Below the pieces are notes generated by a model. The model was not told the origin of the DNA. It saw nothing but the letters and a program-made list of their open reading frames with translations, and did not search any database. From assembly GCF_009914755.1 (NCBI RefSeq), contig NC_060926.1: a DNA stretch of 64,000 nucleotides; one strand, written 5' to 3'. The DNA comes from the human T2T-CHM13v2.0 reference genome, Homo sapiens. Each line of letters opens with the position of its first letter. Position 1 is the first letter of the stretch. Made by a program: the position numbers and the translations under genes. Below, piece after piece: positions 40,758-59,259 of this stretch.

Positions 40758-41609
40758 GCCTAGTGAATAGTGAAGTGTACTTTCCAACTCTGGACTTTGG
40801 GCAATACCATATGATATACTTTGGGCAACGGAATATGAGTAGAGGCTTGAAAAATGTTTGGGAGTTGGACTTACTCTTTGGAATTTTTTTTTTTTCCTCA
40901 GCATTTTAAAACATTTAAGTATAAAATATAAAATATAAAATGCATATGCAAAAAATACCTAAAACAAATCTAATTCATTACAAAGCAAATATGGTTCATT
41001 ACAAAGCTCAATGATTTATTTCAAAGCAAATATCCATAACTATCATCCAGGTCAAGAGATGAATATTGCCACTACTTCAGAAGTTCTATTGTGTTTCCTC
41101 TCTGCCCACAAAGGCAACCACTATTGAATATGTATTACTGATTTTCCAAAGTAAAATACCAATCAGTATTTTTTTTTAATTATTCCTAGACAATGCAAAT
41201 AACTGTTACTCAATTTAGTTTTTGCTGACTCACTTGTCATTTTTGTCTTTCTTCTATATACATTTTAAATTCAGTGAGACCTTATTTTGTTTTACATTTA
41301 ATATTCATTTGGGTTTACCTATCTATTTGTAGTTTTTATTGATCTTTATTTCTTTGTATGTCTCTGAGGTTCTTTTTAAGTGAATTTTCCTTTTGATATT
41401 GAGTTCCTATTTGTCCTGCTCTGTTGGTGATAAAGTCTTAGCTTTTTTCTGACAATATTTTTATTTCTTCTAAATTTCTGATAACCATTTTTTACTGAAT
41501 ATAGATTTCTATGTTAGCAGTTATTAATTAATTAGTTTTTATATTGAGAGGGCAGCTGTGGATTTTCTCTATTTTCTTTTGTTTCTCCTTCCTTCTTTCC
41601 AACAAAATA

Positions 41610-43690
<2,081 letters not shown>

Positions 43691-44149
43691 TGGTGCTCCA
43701 TTTCCTCAAGTCAGGGAGTCAAATGGGTTCTTGCCTGGGTTTCCCCTTCTTACACTGCAGCACCTAAATGAGGCAATTGTAGAGCTCAGCTTGTTTGTGT
43801 TGTCTTCTATCAGGGATCACCATCCTTCATTTCCTGATGTCCGGTGTTCTTGAAAACCATTGTTTCCTATGTTTTGTCCATTTTTGGGGTTGTTTCAGGC
43901 AGAAGGGTAAATATAATCCCTGTTACTCGATTTTGTCTCAAAGAGAAAATTCTAGAAGTTTTTTTAATCTCTGCTTTGAGGTTCTCTAGATAACCACTTT
44001 ACCAGCCTAGGCTCCAAGAGGAGATATGGATCAGGACCACTAAAACCAACCTGTTGACCTGCAGCCTGAAGTGGAGTCACTTCTGCTGACGTGCAGTCTT
44101 TTGAGCATGTGAAACAAAATAGTTTAACAAAAATTGTTTTCCAAGATCC

Positions 44150-44275
44150 ACTCTCAGAGATTCTAATCCAATTGAGATGAGGCTCGCACATTTGTACTAA
44201 AAGCAAACAAATATGGAAACAAACAAATGAATGAACAAAATTTCCCAGGAGATTCTAATGTGTATTTAGGCTGGA
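44150..44275. mobile_element. MER5A-like fragment
   Basis: CAGAGATTCTAAT...CCCAGGAGATTCTAATGTG. Confidence 0.45.
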
Positions 44276-45208
44276 ACTGCCCTATGGTTCTATGGTAAAA
44301 TACTACTTAAAGAGCAAAGCAGATATGGTTCTTGTCCTTATGAAGTTACAGGAAGGATGTAGATAATCAGCAGGTATTCTAGCATTTCTTGGGAAAAGTA
44401 TTCTGAGGAGGAATCTAGAATGCTGTGGGAGTACCTGGGAAGGGGATGCTTACCCAGACCTGGAAGTCTGGTATGATGAGGTGCTTTAGACAAGACTGCT
44501 CTCAATATTAACTGTCAATAATAGTTCTCAATAATAAACTGTCAGCAGTTTATTTTTCCTGTTGTTCTAAAAAGTGAAGCTAGAATTCCACACTTGGAAA
44601 CAGATTCTGTTCTGGAATGAAAATGTTTAAGACAATGAATAGGTAAACTGCTTTTTATGATAATGTGAAAGTTTTTCTTTTTTCAAAAAGTGAGTGTACT
44701 CTCAGAAGATTATTATAAGCACTAGGTGTGGGAAGAAAATAGGGGTAAGTAGAAAACTTAGTTTTTATTGCTCTCCCCTGGCCTCAGTTTGGCTAAGGCA
44801 AAAATTGCTGGAATCTGGATGGGAGAGATGCTCAAAAGCCCTTCCTAGTGGGCAAGTATTCTGGCCTCACTGAAAGCTGGTCTTTTGTAGAAGGCCATGA
44901 TCTTTGAATTCTATGGGTCTTGATGGTCAAATTCAGTTTTAAGTTTTCTAAGTTGCCATTCCTTTGGCTATACTCAAAATTTTGTTAATTTATTATTATT
45001 AATATTATACTTTAAGTTTTAGGGTACATGTGCACAATGTGCAGGTTTGTTACATATGTATACATGTGCCATGTTGGTGTACTGCACCCATTAACTCATC
45101 ATTTAGCATTAGGTATATCTCCTAATGCTATCCCTCCCCGCTCTCCCCACACCACAACAGTCCCCGGAGTGTGATGTTCCCCTTCCTGTGCCCATGTGTT
45201 CTCGTTGT

Positions 45209-49041
<3,833 letters not shown>

Positions 49042-49097
49042 TTAGCTGGTTATTTTGCTCATTAGTTGATGTCGTTTCTTCCTAGCGTTGATGGTCT

Positions 49098-50114
49098 TTA
49101 CAATTTGGTGTGTTTTTACAGTGGCTGATACCGGTTGTTCCTTTCCATGTTTAGTGCTTCCTTCAGGAGCTCTTTTAGGGCAGGCCTGGTGGTGACAAAA
49201 TCCCTCAGCATTTGCTTATCTGTAATGTATTTTATTTCTCCTTCACTTATGAAGCTTAGTTTGGCTGGATATGAAATTCTGGGTTGAAAATTCTTTTCTT
49301 TAAGAATGTTGAATATTGGCCCCCACTCTCTTCTGGCTTGTAGGGTTTCTGCCGAGAGATCCGCTGTTAGTCTGATGGGCTTCCCTTTGTGGGTAACCCG
49401 ACCTTTCTCTCTGGCTGCCCTTAACATTTTTTCCTTCATTTCAACTTTGGTGAATCTGACAATTATGTGTCTTGGAATTGCTCTTCTCGAGGAGTATCTC
49501 TGTGGCGTTCTCTGTATTTCCTGAATCTGAATGTTGGCCTGCCTTGCTAGATTGGGGAAGTTCTCCTGGATAATATCCTGTAGAGTGTTTTCCAACTTGG
49601 TTCCATTCTCCCCATCACTTTCAGGTACACCAATCAGACGTAAATTTGGTCTTTTCACATAGTCCCATATTTCTTGGAGACTTTGTTCGTTTCTTTTCAT
49701 TCTTTTTTCTCTAAACTTCCCTTCTTGCTTCATTTCATTCATATCATCTTCCATCACTGATACCCTTTCTTCCAGTTGATTGCATCAGCTCCTGAGGCTT
49801 TTGCATTCTTCACGTAGTTCTCGAGCCTTGGCTTTTAGCTCCATCAGCTCCTTTAAGCACTTCTCTGCATTGGTTATTCTAGTTATACATTTGCCTAATT
49901 TTTTTTCAAAGTTTTTAACTTCTTTGCCGTTGGTTTGAATTTCCTCCTGTAGCTCGGAGTAGTTTGATCGACTGAAGCCTTCTTCTCTCAACTCGTCAAA
50001 GTCATTCTCCGTCCAGCTTTGTTCCATTGCTGGTGAGGAACTGTGTTCCTTTGGAGGAGGAGAGGCGCTCTGCTTTTTAGATTTTCCAGTTTTTCTGCTC
50101 TGTTTTTTCCCCAT
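49098..50114 (-). pseudogene. L1 ORF1p, disrupted
   Basis: MGKKQSRKTG start; premature stop at 49785; remainder includes REKG and YPAKLS motifs. Confidence 0.95.
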
Positions 50115-50199
50115 CTTTGTGGTTTTATCTACTTTTGGTCTTTGATGATGGTGATGTACAGATGGGTTTTTGGTGTGGATGTCCTTTCTGTTTGTTAGT

Positions 50200-51162
50200 T
50201 TTCCTTCTAAGAGACAGGACCCTCAGCTGCAGGTCTGTTGGAGTTTGCTAGAGGTCCAGTCCAGAACCCTGTTTGCCTGGGTATCATCAGCGGTGGCTGC
50301 AGAACAGTGGTGGCTGTAGAACAGTGGATTTTTGTGAACCGCAAATGCTACTACCTGATTGGTCCTCTGGAAGTTTTGTCTCAGAGGAGTACCCGGCCGT
50401 GTGAGGTGTCAGTTTGCCCCTACTAGGGGGTGCCTCCCAGTTAGGCTGCTCGGGGGTCAAGGACCCACTTGAGGAGACAGTCTGCCCGTTCTCAGATCTC
50501 CAGCTGTGTGCTGGGAGAACCACTACTCTCTTCAAAGCTGTCAGACAGGGACATTTAAGTCTGCAGAGGTTACTGCTGTCTTTTTGTTTGTCTGTGCCCT
50601 GCCCCCTGAGGTGGAGCCTACAGAGGCAGGCAGGCCTCCTTGAGCTGTGGTGGGCTCCACCCAGTTCGAGCTTCCCAGCTGCTTTGTTTACCTAAGCAAG
50701 CCTGGGCAATGGCAGGTGCCCTTCCCCCAGCCTCGCTGCCGCCTTGCAGTTTGATCTCAGACTGCTGTGCTAGCAATCAGCGAGACTCCGTGGGCATAGG
50801 ACCCTCTGAGCCAGGTGTGGGATGTAATCTCCTGGTGTGCCGTTTTTTAACCCCTTTGGAAAAGCGCAGTATTAGGGTAGGAGTGACCCGATTTTCCAGG
50901 TGCCGTCTGTCACCCCTTTCTTTGACTAGGAAAGGGAACTCCCTGACCCCTTGCGCTTCCCAAGTGAGGCAATGCCTCACCCTGCTTCGGCTCGCACAAG
51001 GTGCACTGCACCCACTGTCCTGCACCCACTGTCTGGCACTCCCTAGTGAGATGAACCCGGTACCTCAGATGGAAATGCAGAAATCACCCGTCTTCTATGT
51101 CACTCACGCTGGGAGCTGTAGACTGGAGCTGTTCCTATTCAGCCATCTTGACTCCACCCCCC
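50200..51162. promoter_or_regulatory. L1 5' UTR sense and antisense promoter region
   Basis: Intact 5' UTR with YY1-type core AAGATGGC; activity not shown by sequence. Confidence 0.6.
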
Positions 51163-51257
51163 TAATGTTTTATTTTAAATACCACAGCCAGCTCATATCT
51201 GTATTTTGTAGAACTGAAGGAATTTTCTCTTTCCAGGTGTGTTTGGAAGAATTATAA
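50709..51257 (+). CDS. L1 antisense ORF0 homologue, extended to 182 aa (expression unknown)
   Basis: MAGALPPASLPPCSLISDCCASNQRDSVG... matches the known ORF0 N-terminus; ATG in GCAATGG context; open to 51257. Confidence 0.55.
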   Translation: MAGALPPASLPPCSLISDCCASNQRDSVGIGPSEPGVGCNLLVCRFLTPLEKRSIRVGVTRFSRCRLSPLSLTRKGNSLTPCASQVRQCLTLLRLAQGALHPLSCTHCLALPSEMNPVPQMEMQKSPVFYVTHAGSCRLELFLFSHLDSTPLMFYFKYHSQLISVFCRTEGIFSFQVCLEEL

Positions 51258-51855
51258 GATGTCTCTCAAGATTCCTGCTTCCTGGCATTTATGTCTTATG
51301 TAGTCTTCCCTTGAATGTGGGTGAACTTCGTGAATATGATGGGATATCTCTCTTGTGATTATGTTATTTCATAAGGCAAAAAGGATTCTGGAGATACAAT
51401 ATAGTACCCTAATTCACTGAGTTGAAGTTAACCAAAAGGGAGGTTTTATGGGCTGTCCTGACCTATCTTGGGGGAGCCTTTAAAGGATAAAGACAAGAAG
51501 CAGCAGCAGGTATTCTCCTCCTGGCCATAAAGGAGTAAGCTGCCATGCTGTGAGAGGAGAAGGCTAAATAGCAAGGGCCTGAAAACAACTCCCAACTGAG
51601 AGAAGTCTCTGGCCAACAGCAAGCAAGAAAACATAGCTCTCAGTCATAAAGCCAAGATCCAGGGAGCTTGCAGGTAGATGCTAAGACTCAACTGAGATTT
51701 TTAACCCTGGCTGACACTGTGATAGCAGCCCGGAGTCACTCTGAGCAAAGCACTCAACTAATCTGTATCTGGAATCCTGACCCACAGAAACTGATATAAT
51801 CAATGGGTATTGTTTTAAGCCATCACATTGGTGGTATTTTGCTATGAAAATACAC
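51240..51855 (+). mobile_element. MaLR LTR (MLT1E-like)
   Basis: CCCTTGAATGTGGG, GTGAATATGATGGGATA, CCTGACCCACAGAAACTG, TTGTTTTAAGCC. Confidence 0.8.
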
Positions 51856-52189
51856 CAGGAGAGAGCCAAGTGGTACAGGAGAACAGCAGCTTCCAGAGCA
51901 GATATGAAGCAACCAAGGATGAAGGATGAGTAATGGTGATCGTGGGAGGAAGACAGCCTGTGGGGAGTAGAAGCAACTGGAGCAGGCTTATGGGCTGTTT
52001 CTTCAGAGACCCATAAAAACACTTAGGGAGAAAACCCAAATAGATACTGTATTTCCTAAAGTTATGTGAGATAGAGAATCAGATTCATTTGTTCACTGAA
52101 GAATGGTTGGTATCTCAATTTTGGAGAATGTGGTGATTTTCATGTCATATTTTATGGGCATGGCCTTGTCCTAGGAGCTGGGTATTCCT

Positions 52190-52750
52190 TGATGGACAAG
52201 ACAGATAATATCCCTACCCTCATGGATTTCTAATGTAGCAAAGAACACAGTCTAAAAATGACCCCAGATATAAGGCAGTGTAGGTGCTATGATGAAGAAA
52301 GGGCTGGATGCTATGGGAGCATGTAGCAATGATACAGAATCTAAATTTAGGGTGGTCCAAGAAGACTTCCTAGGAGAGGTGATATGTCGCCTGATCTTAT
52401 CAGAGGAGCTGGAGAGATGGCCAGGTGAATTAGGGATGGTGGCACCATCTCCCTGATGGAGGAAATGGCATGGACAACATCCAGAAGTAGGAGAAGAATT
52501 CAAGGTGGTCCAGTATGGTGAGAGCAGAGAGTAGTGAGAGATGTAGGAGCAAGAGGTGAGGAGGTGAGCAGGACTCAGATCATGTGTAGTGTGATGAGCC
52601 TTAGCAATATTGACAGCAAAGGGAGCAGGTAAAGAATTGTAAATGGAGATGAGCATGAAACATTTCATGATCCTAAAAAATCATTTTGATTATGGCGTAG
52701 AGAATTATTTAGAGGAAGACATAGCTAGTGAGAGGAAGATGAAAAATGAT
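52190..52750 (-). mobile_element. L2 fragment
   Basis: CCCTACCCTCATGGA; GAAGACTTCCTAGGAGAGGTGAT. Confidence 0.65.
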
Positions 52751-53965
52751 GCATTTCTAAAGTCCTTTCAAGGCAAAGCTAAGATAAAACAAAATAGTAT
52801 TATCGTCATGCTGGCAATTCAGTACTGATTTTGTTTTTAGGGTTGTTTTGGAGGGGACAACGCTCTGTCTTGCTGGTTCAAACATTCTAGTACTGCCTTC
52901 CTGATCAAGTTGTGGCTGAAGACTTCCCCGATAGCTTTTAAACTCATGTTCTCTTCCTAGTATAGTTAGGTAGGCCATTCTCTGGTATACTAACAGGTTG
53001 CATAAGACTTCTTCAGGAGTCTGGTCCTATCTTGTCTTGTTCTGACGGGGAGCCAGAAATCCCTTTGCAGTGTACTGTGAAATGTACTATATTTAGGGCT
53101 GGCTCATTAGAAGAAGAGATAAGAGAGTAAAAGGCCTTCTTGCTGTACTTTGTGAGCAAAGAGTTGCATCTACACTCTTTCTCATCAACAGACATTGGTG
53201 TAGTTTAATGCTTACTTTCTAGCTTCTGGAACTCTCGGAACACGTTTATTCTTCAGGGTGGTCCAAATGGAAACTAGACACTGTTTACTTCTAATTAATT
53301 ATTAATATGGATGAGGAATCAGGGTTTGTTAGGGAAAATACAAATATATCTTTATTTAAAAAGTCACTATAATAAAAATTCCATTAATAATTGTATAGTT
53401 CAACTTCAAGGTAGAAGAAGTAGATTGGGAATGCCAAAACACATTTGAATTAAAACAAGTTTGGGTTGATCAAGAGTACTTGATTGGAGTGCTCCATGAG
53501 AGAGATTTTAAAGCTGTTTATGCTCTTTGGGAAAGAAGGTTGTCATCAATTAGTGATGTCTGTCTGGGCCACATCCATTCTTAAACAGCCTCCTAGATCT
53601 GGATTCTGTGCTATATATCTGGATAAGAACAGATCCATGCAACAAAGTTGAAGGTTGCATGATTTGTATTATTCAAGAAAAAAAATTTGAATATTTCTTA
53701 AAATTCAGAGAGTTTGCTTAAGAGTAATTGGAAAATAATTTCTTGCTGGAGCAGGAAGCTCCTGGTCAAGAGAAAGTTGCTGATTTCACTTCCATCAAGG
53801 TTTTGATAAATCATGAATTGTCTGGTATACAGGACTTGCCTCTAAATATATTGGTTATGTCATAGTGAGCCCATAAGCCTTATTGTATGACTTAGTTTAC
53901 TCCAGGAACCCCATATTAAACTAGAATATATACATTTTCACTTTACTGAGTGTACTTGTGGAAAA

Positions 53966-54016
53966 CAGCAAAGAAACATTTTTCAGCAAAGAAACATTTT
54001 TCAGCAAAGAAACATT
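53966..54016. repeat. 18-bp tandem repeat, 2.8 copies
   Basis: CAGCAAAGAAACATTTTT, perfect copies. Confidence 0.97.
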
Positions 54017-54059
54017 CTAAGCACCAGTACATAGGTTAGGACTGACATGCTTAACCCTA

Positions 54060-54480
54060 ACTTTCTTCTGATTCAGGGTCTTTAGCCAGGTTCTTTTCTC
54101 TGTTTGGGATGCCCTTGAATTTAATTGGATTTCTCTCTTTCTTCCTCATTTCTTTTCTTCTTATCTCCTTCTCTTTTTCCTTTTTGCAGTTATTCAAATG
54201 CAATTTCCTCAGAGAGGACTTCCCTCACCTTAAAGACTAGATCAGGCCCTCCTGCTCAGGTTTCTGTAGTTCTAGTTAGTGTTCTTTTATAACACCGGTT
54301 TGTAATTATACGCTTTTGTGATTCTTTGATTAAGGTCTGTCCGCCCTACTAAACTGTAAACCCCATGGGATCAGAGTCTGTTTGTTTTGCTCATATTCTA
54401 TTGCTCAGAGCTCAGGCACATCTGGGTGTCTGGAACAGAGAAGAAACTCAACAAATATTTGTTGTATGAATGGAACTTAT
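54060..54480 (+). mobile_element. L2 3' segment
   Basis: CTAAACTGTAAACCCCATG...CTCAACAAATATTTGTTG tail. Confidence 0.72.
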
Positions 54481-54798
54481 AAATAATTTTAATATAATGG
54501 GAAAGTAAATGAAGATTGCACCTGTGATAGAAAAGTCTTCGCCAGAGTTTTAAAAGTGAACTGTCTATGAGGATAACAATTAACTGGGAGGGAGTATTGA
54601 CAGAGGCGTGCATGAGTGACAGAAAAGAGGGGAAGTAATTGAGTGACTTAGGCACTGAAGGCATGGAGAGACAAGGCTTGGGTGGCCCGCAGGTCAGTTA
54701 GTGAAAGCCTTGTGATTCTACTGTAAGAAGTTTCAGCATTATCTTCTAGAAGGTTATGGGAAGTACTGAAGGATTTTAGGCAAAGCCAACAAGATAAC

Positions 54799-55088
54799 CT
54801 TTTTTTTAAAGTCAGGGTCTCCTCTGTTGCTCAGGCTGCAGTACAGTGGTGTGATCACAGCTGACTGCAACCTCAAACTCTTAGGCTCAAGGGATCCTTC
54901 TGCTTCAGCCTCCCAAGTAGTTGGAGCTACCGATGCATGCCACCATGCCTAGCTATTTTTAACATTTTTATATGAGGGTTTTGCTATGTTGCAAGGCCAG
55001 ATTATCTCAAATTCTTGGCCTCAAGTGATCCTTCCATCTTGGCCTCCCAAAGTGCTGGAATTACAGCTGTGAGCCTTCATGCCTGGCC
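54799..55088 (-). mobile_element. AluJ inside a minus-strand L2 fragment (~54500-55330)
   Basis: GATCACAGCTGACTGCA and GGCTCAAGGGATCC J-type features; diverged. Confidence 0.93.
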
Positions 55089-57604
55089 AACAAATTTATT
55101 TTAGAAAATTCATTGATTTGAAGGATGAGACTGGAGTCAGGGGCTTCTGTTAGAAAAATGTTGCAGTTTTCCAGGCCAGAAATGAAAATAGCATTAGCTA
55201 AAGACATGAAGTAAAACCAGCAAAAAAGAGATAAAATTGAGAAATATTTTACAGGCATGCACTACAGGATGTAGTGGCTGATGGGATGGAAATGGGGAGA
55301 TGTGTGTGGGTAGATGCGGCATGGACTCTTGCTGGGGCAGCCTAGTCTTGGCTCAGCCCTGTGCAGGGCGGGGGGTAGGTGTTAGGAAAAGCTGGGTGGG
55401 AGGAATAATGCACGAATTGAGATTCTTTTACATTCTATAAATGCTCATCACCTCTTTTTCTTTATTTACATATGGCTTTGAAGCATTTAGAAAAAGTCAT
55501 ACAATTTAGGTAAGGAAGGTTGTTAATTGGGAAGAGAAAGTAAAAAGTAAATTCTACTTAAGCCTTTTAATTTTGGCTAGGGCTTGTCCTTTGTCAGGAA
55601 AGTATCTTTAATTAGAGATACAGTCTGTGTCTCTACCTGTGGTTTCCTCTGACTATTCTCTGAGGAGCATGAATAAATTATGGAAAATAATTTTGATATG
55701 AGGTTATATGCTAAGTTGCATAAAAAGCTGAGAAACCACAATAGGATGGGTGGAAATAATGTGTTTCTGTTTTAGCTTTGGCACATGTGTTTGTGTTAGA
55801 ATAGCATGTTGTTCTAAGTATCAAAAACTTGGTGGATGACTTATTGTATTTTGAATATCGTATAAGGCCTAGAATAGTGCTAAGAAACTGAATGATTGGG
55901 TATTGTTGTATCCCTGTCCACGGGAGACTTAAATATCGTGACTCCAATTTGAAATCACAGCTACAATAAATTGACTCAATTTGTCGATTCCAAAGTGTGC
56001 AGAGAGCTCTAGTACTAGAGAATTTAAAAGTTAAGCAAATTTTAGATCTGACAGGGTAACCACAATCTCTTTCCCCATGCTATAGACACAGCATGTACTT
56101 TCTAATAGCCTGCCTTCGTTTCTGATTCAAATCCTTCAAATTGATATAAAAGCATTTAATGGGCTTTTAAAAGTGTATTCCCTTAAAACAAGCTCTTTAA
56201 TGAGTAGCGAAACCAGCTCACTAGCTACCAGAAAGCAGATTTTCCTAAGACTCAAAAGACCTGAGTTATTTCACCAGCTCTCCAGGGACTAGAAATATAA
56301 CCCTGCTCTCTTCTCTGGTGGCTTTGTTTGCCATTACCAATGTAAAAAATCTGTATAATCGTCCTCCCACTGCCATCCCTTGTGGGAAGGTTATGCAGAC
56401 AGATGTTATCATATCTGCAAAATGCTATAAAACAAAATCTCTTCATGAATATAAAGGAGAATTGCTTCTGCCTTGGCCCTAAGTACTCGAATTTCATACT
56501 GTTTGATGCAATACGGTTTCAGCACATTCTTTTCCCAATGCTTAAAAACATCTAGCTGAAGGTCTTAACCAAGGGAGACTTATTCCTGGAATGGCTTTCT
56601 GAGCGTAGGTGTCATGGTAGCCTCTGAGAAGAGAGGAAGGCTCAGTGATGTTTAAAGAAGCCATGGAGCTTTAGAGTAAGAAGGCTGTTCTGGTGCCTGT
56701 CCAAGTATCTGGCACAGAGAAGCAAGAGCTTACCTGTCTACTGACAGAGCAGATTTGAAGTGATTATGCATATTGATACATCCATATACCAGCTGCATTC
56801 AGCTTTAAGCTAAGCCTTCTGACTGTTTTAAGCATTCCTGCCTTGAATTTATATCCAGGGAATATCAAACCTTTAGGACAGTGACAAATTAAAGTGGACC
56901 TTCTTAGGATTAACTGATGCTGGCCTGTCAGATGGCTATAAGCACTGTTGTAAAGGCTGGCAATAATCAGTCCTTCCAATGGTAAGTGAAAGCATTTAAT
57001 TGGATACTGAGATGTGATTGGGATGAAATGTCAAGGGGAAAGTGAGAAATTCAAGGTTGTTGATCTGTCCAGTCTTATTTTAAAAGAAACATATGCTGGC
57101 AAGGTCTGTGGTTTAGGATTCTGGATTTGGCATTGAAAAGGAGTTTCAGTTCTTAATAGTTTGAGCTACGGACACAAAACCGTATCACATGTAATTACTT
57201 CCTTTTCTTGGCTGGGCTAAGGGAAGAAGTTTAGCAAATATAAACTTATTTGGAGGAACATAAACGTTATAGCTATCTGTATGTCATATCTATTGCATAT
57301 GACTCATTCAATAAAATTGAGAAATTTTAGTGTATATACATAACATTTAAAAGCAAGTACAAGGAATTATTATTATTTACATATTTAACTAAGTGTATAA
57401 GAAATTTAAAATGGTGCTCTGCTCTTTAAAATGAATGGATATAGTATTCTAGTATGTTTGGATGGGGTGCTTTTGAATGGATATTTAGTCTCACAACATT
57501 TTAAATAATATAAGTTAATCTTCTAAATAAGATTAACATTAACTTAATCTTCAAACTACTGGGATTATTATTTTTTTTTTAGTAACAGCCACCAGATGCT
57601 TAAT

Positions 57605-57930
57605 TTTTTTTAAACCACTTTATTGAGGTATGATTGACATACAAAAAGCCAGACATATTTAATGTATACAACTCAGTGAGTTTAGAGATAAGCGTATACC
57701 TGTGAAACCACCACCGTCAATGCTGTAAACCTATCCATCACCTCCAAAAGTTTCCTCCTGCTCTATTTATCCATTCACTCACTCATTCATTCATTAATTT
57801 TTTATAATAAGAACACTTAAGTTCTATCTTCTTAGCAAATGTTTATAACACAGTATTGTTAACTAGAAGTACTATTGCTGTACAGATCTCTGGAACTTAC
57901 TCATCTTGCATAATTGAAACTTCATACAGT
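57605..57930 (-). mobile_element. L1MA/L1MB 3' end
   Basis: TTTATTGAGGTATGATTGACATAC...ATCCATCACCTC...CATCTTGCATAATTGAAAC. Confidence 0.82.
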
Positions 57931-58043
57931 GGATCACTTCTTATGGCCCAAAAGTTTTTCCTGAAAAGGAAAGTTTCATTTTGGCTGCATTGTAAAATTA
58001 CAGGTTACAGTGTATAGTTTTCTCTTTGTCACCCTAGGATTGT

Positions 58044-58822
58044 ATTTTTATTATTATTATTATACTTTAAGTTCTGGGATACATGTGCAGAACGTGCAGG
58101 TTTGTTACATAGGAATACACGTAACATGGTGGTTTGCTGCACCCATCAATCTGTCATCTAAATTAGGTATTTCTCCTAATGCTATCCCTCCCCTAGCCCC
58201 TCACCCGCTGAAAGGTCCCAGTGTGTGGTATTCCCCTCCCTGTGTCCCTGTGTTCTCTTTGTTCAACTCCCACTTATGAGTAAGAACATGTAGTGTTTGG
58301 TTTTCTGTTGCTGTGTTAATTGCTGAGAATGATAGTTTTCAGCTTCATCCATGTCCCTGCAAAGGACATGAACTCATCCTTTTTATGGCTGCGTAGTATT
58401 CCATGGCATATATGTGCCATATTTTCTTTATCCAATCTATCATTGATGGGTATTGGGTTTGGTTCCAAGTCTTTGCTATTGTGAACAGTGTTGATACGCG
58501 TGCATGTGTCTTTATAGGAGAATAATTTATAATCCTTTGGGTATGTACCCAGTAATGAAATTGCTGGGTCAAATGGTAATTCTGGTTCTAGATCCTTGAG
58601 GACTCTTTCACAATGGTTGAAGTAATTTACATTCCCACCAACAGTGTAAAAGTGTTCCTATTTCTCCACATCCTCTCCAGCATCTGTTGTTTCCTGACTT
58701 TTTAATGATCATCATTCTAACTGGCAAGAGATGGTATCTCATTGTGGTTTTGATTTGCATTTTTCTAATGATGAGTGATGATTAGCTTTTTTTTTTCATA
58801 TGTTTGTTGGCTGCATAAATGT
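58044..58822 (-). mobile_element. 5'-truncated L1PA (L1PA7/8-like)
   Basis: 3' UTR and ORF2 C-terminus with (TAA)n tail; no clear TSD. Confidence 0.95.
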
Positions 58823-59259
58823 TTATACTGTGATTATTTCTAACTAGTGGCACATTCACAGGTCTTCTATTACAGAGAAGCTGTTGCAAAATGGAGCTTT
58901 TTATTTTTTCCTTTTTTACTTTAATAACAAATATTCTTATGTGTATAGTATTATTTAAGTTAGTTGTGATAAGAGAGAAAGCCTTGATTTTAAAGCACCA
59001 TCACTTCTCAGTGACAATTGGGTGTAAAATTGTGATTCTTGGGGGCTACTGGAAAAAAAGTCTATATTTAAGTGTTTAAAAATGATATCAGAGATTATTA
59101 AGTAACCAAAAGAAAAATTAATTTGTTTTTCTAGAATTTCAAGACTCAGGGGGACCACCAAATAGATAAAGAACTTATGGCAACCTTTGAGTGGGTGTTA
59201 GAGATACACTTATGACATTAAATTACACTCTCCCTGTACAGGAAAAATTCCCCCAGCAT

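Larger units (their letters stand above)
39520..40880 (+). mobile_element. Fragmented MLT1 LTR/internal sequence hosting MST and MER3 insertions
   Basis: TGACTTGGCCATGAGACTTGCTTTGACAAATGG at ~39596 and a related motif at ~40790. Confidence 0.55.

Noticed and set aside
40974-41035. Degenerate ~21-bp repeat TTCATTACAAAGC
   Set aside because: Ordinary slippage in old AT-rich sequence.
44960-45000. TSD for the full-length minus-strand L1
   Set aside because: Only loose AT-rich similarity to the flank at 51163; not supportable.
52252-52668. 138-aa ORF
   Set aside because: Lies within a decayed L2 fragment; no recognisable domain.
53966-54016. CRISPR-like array
   Set aside because: Head-to-tail repeat without spacers, in mammalian DNA.
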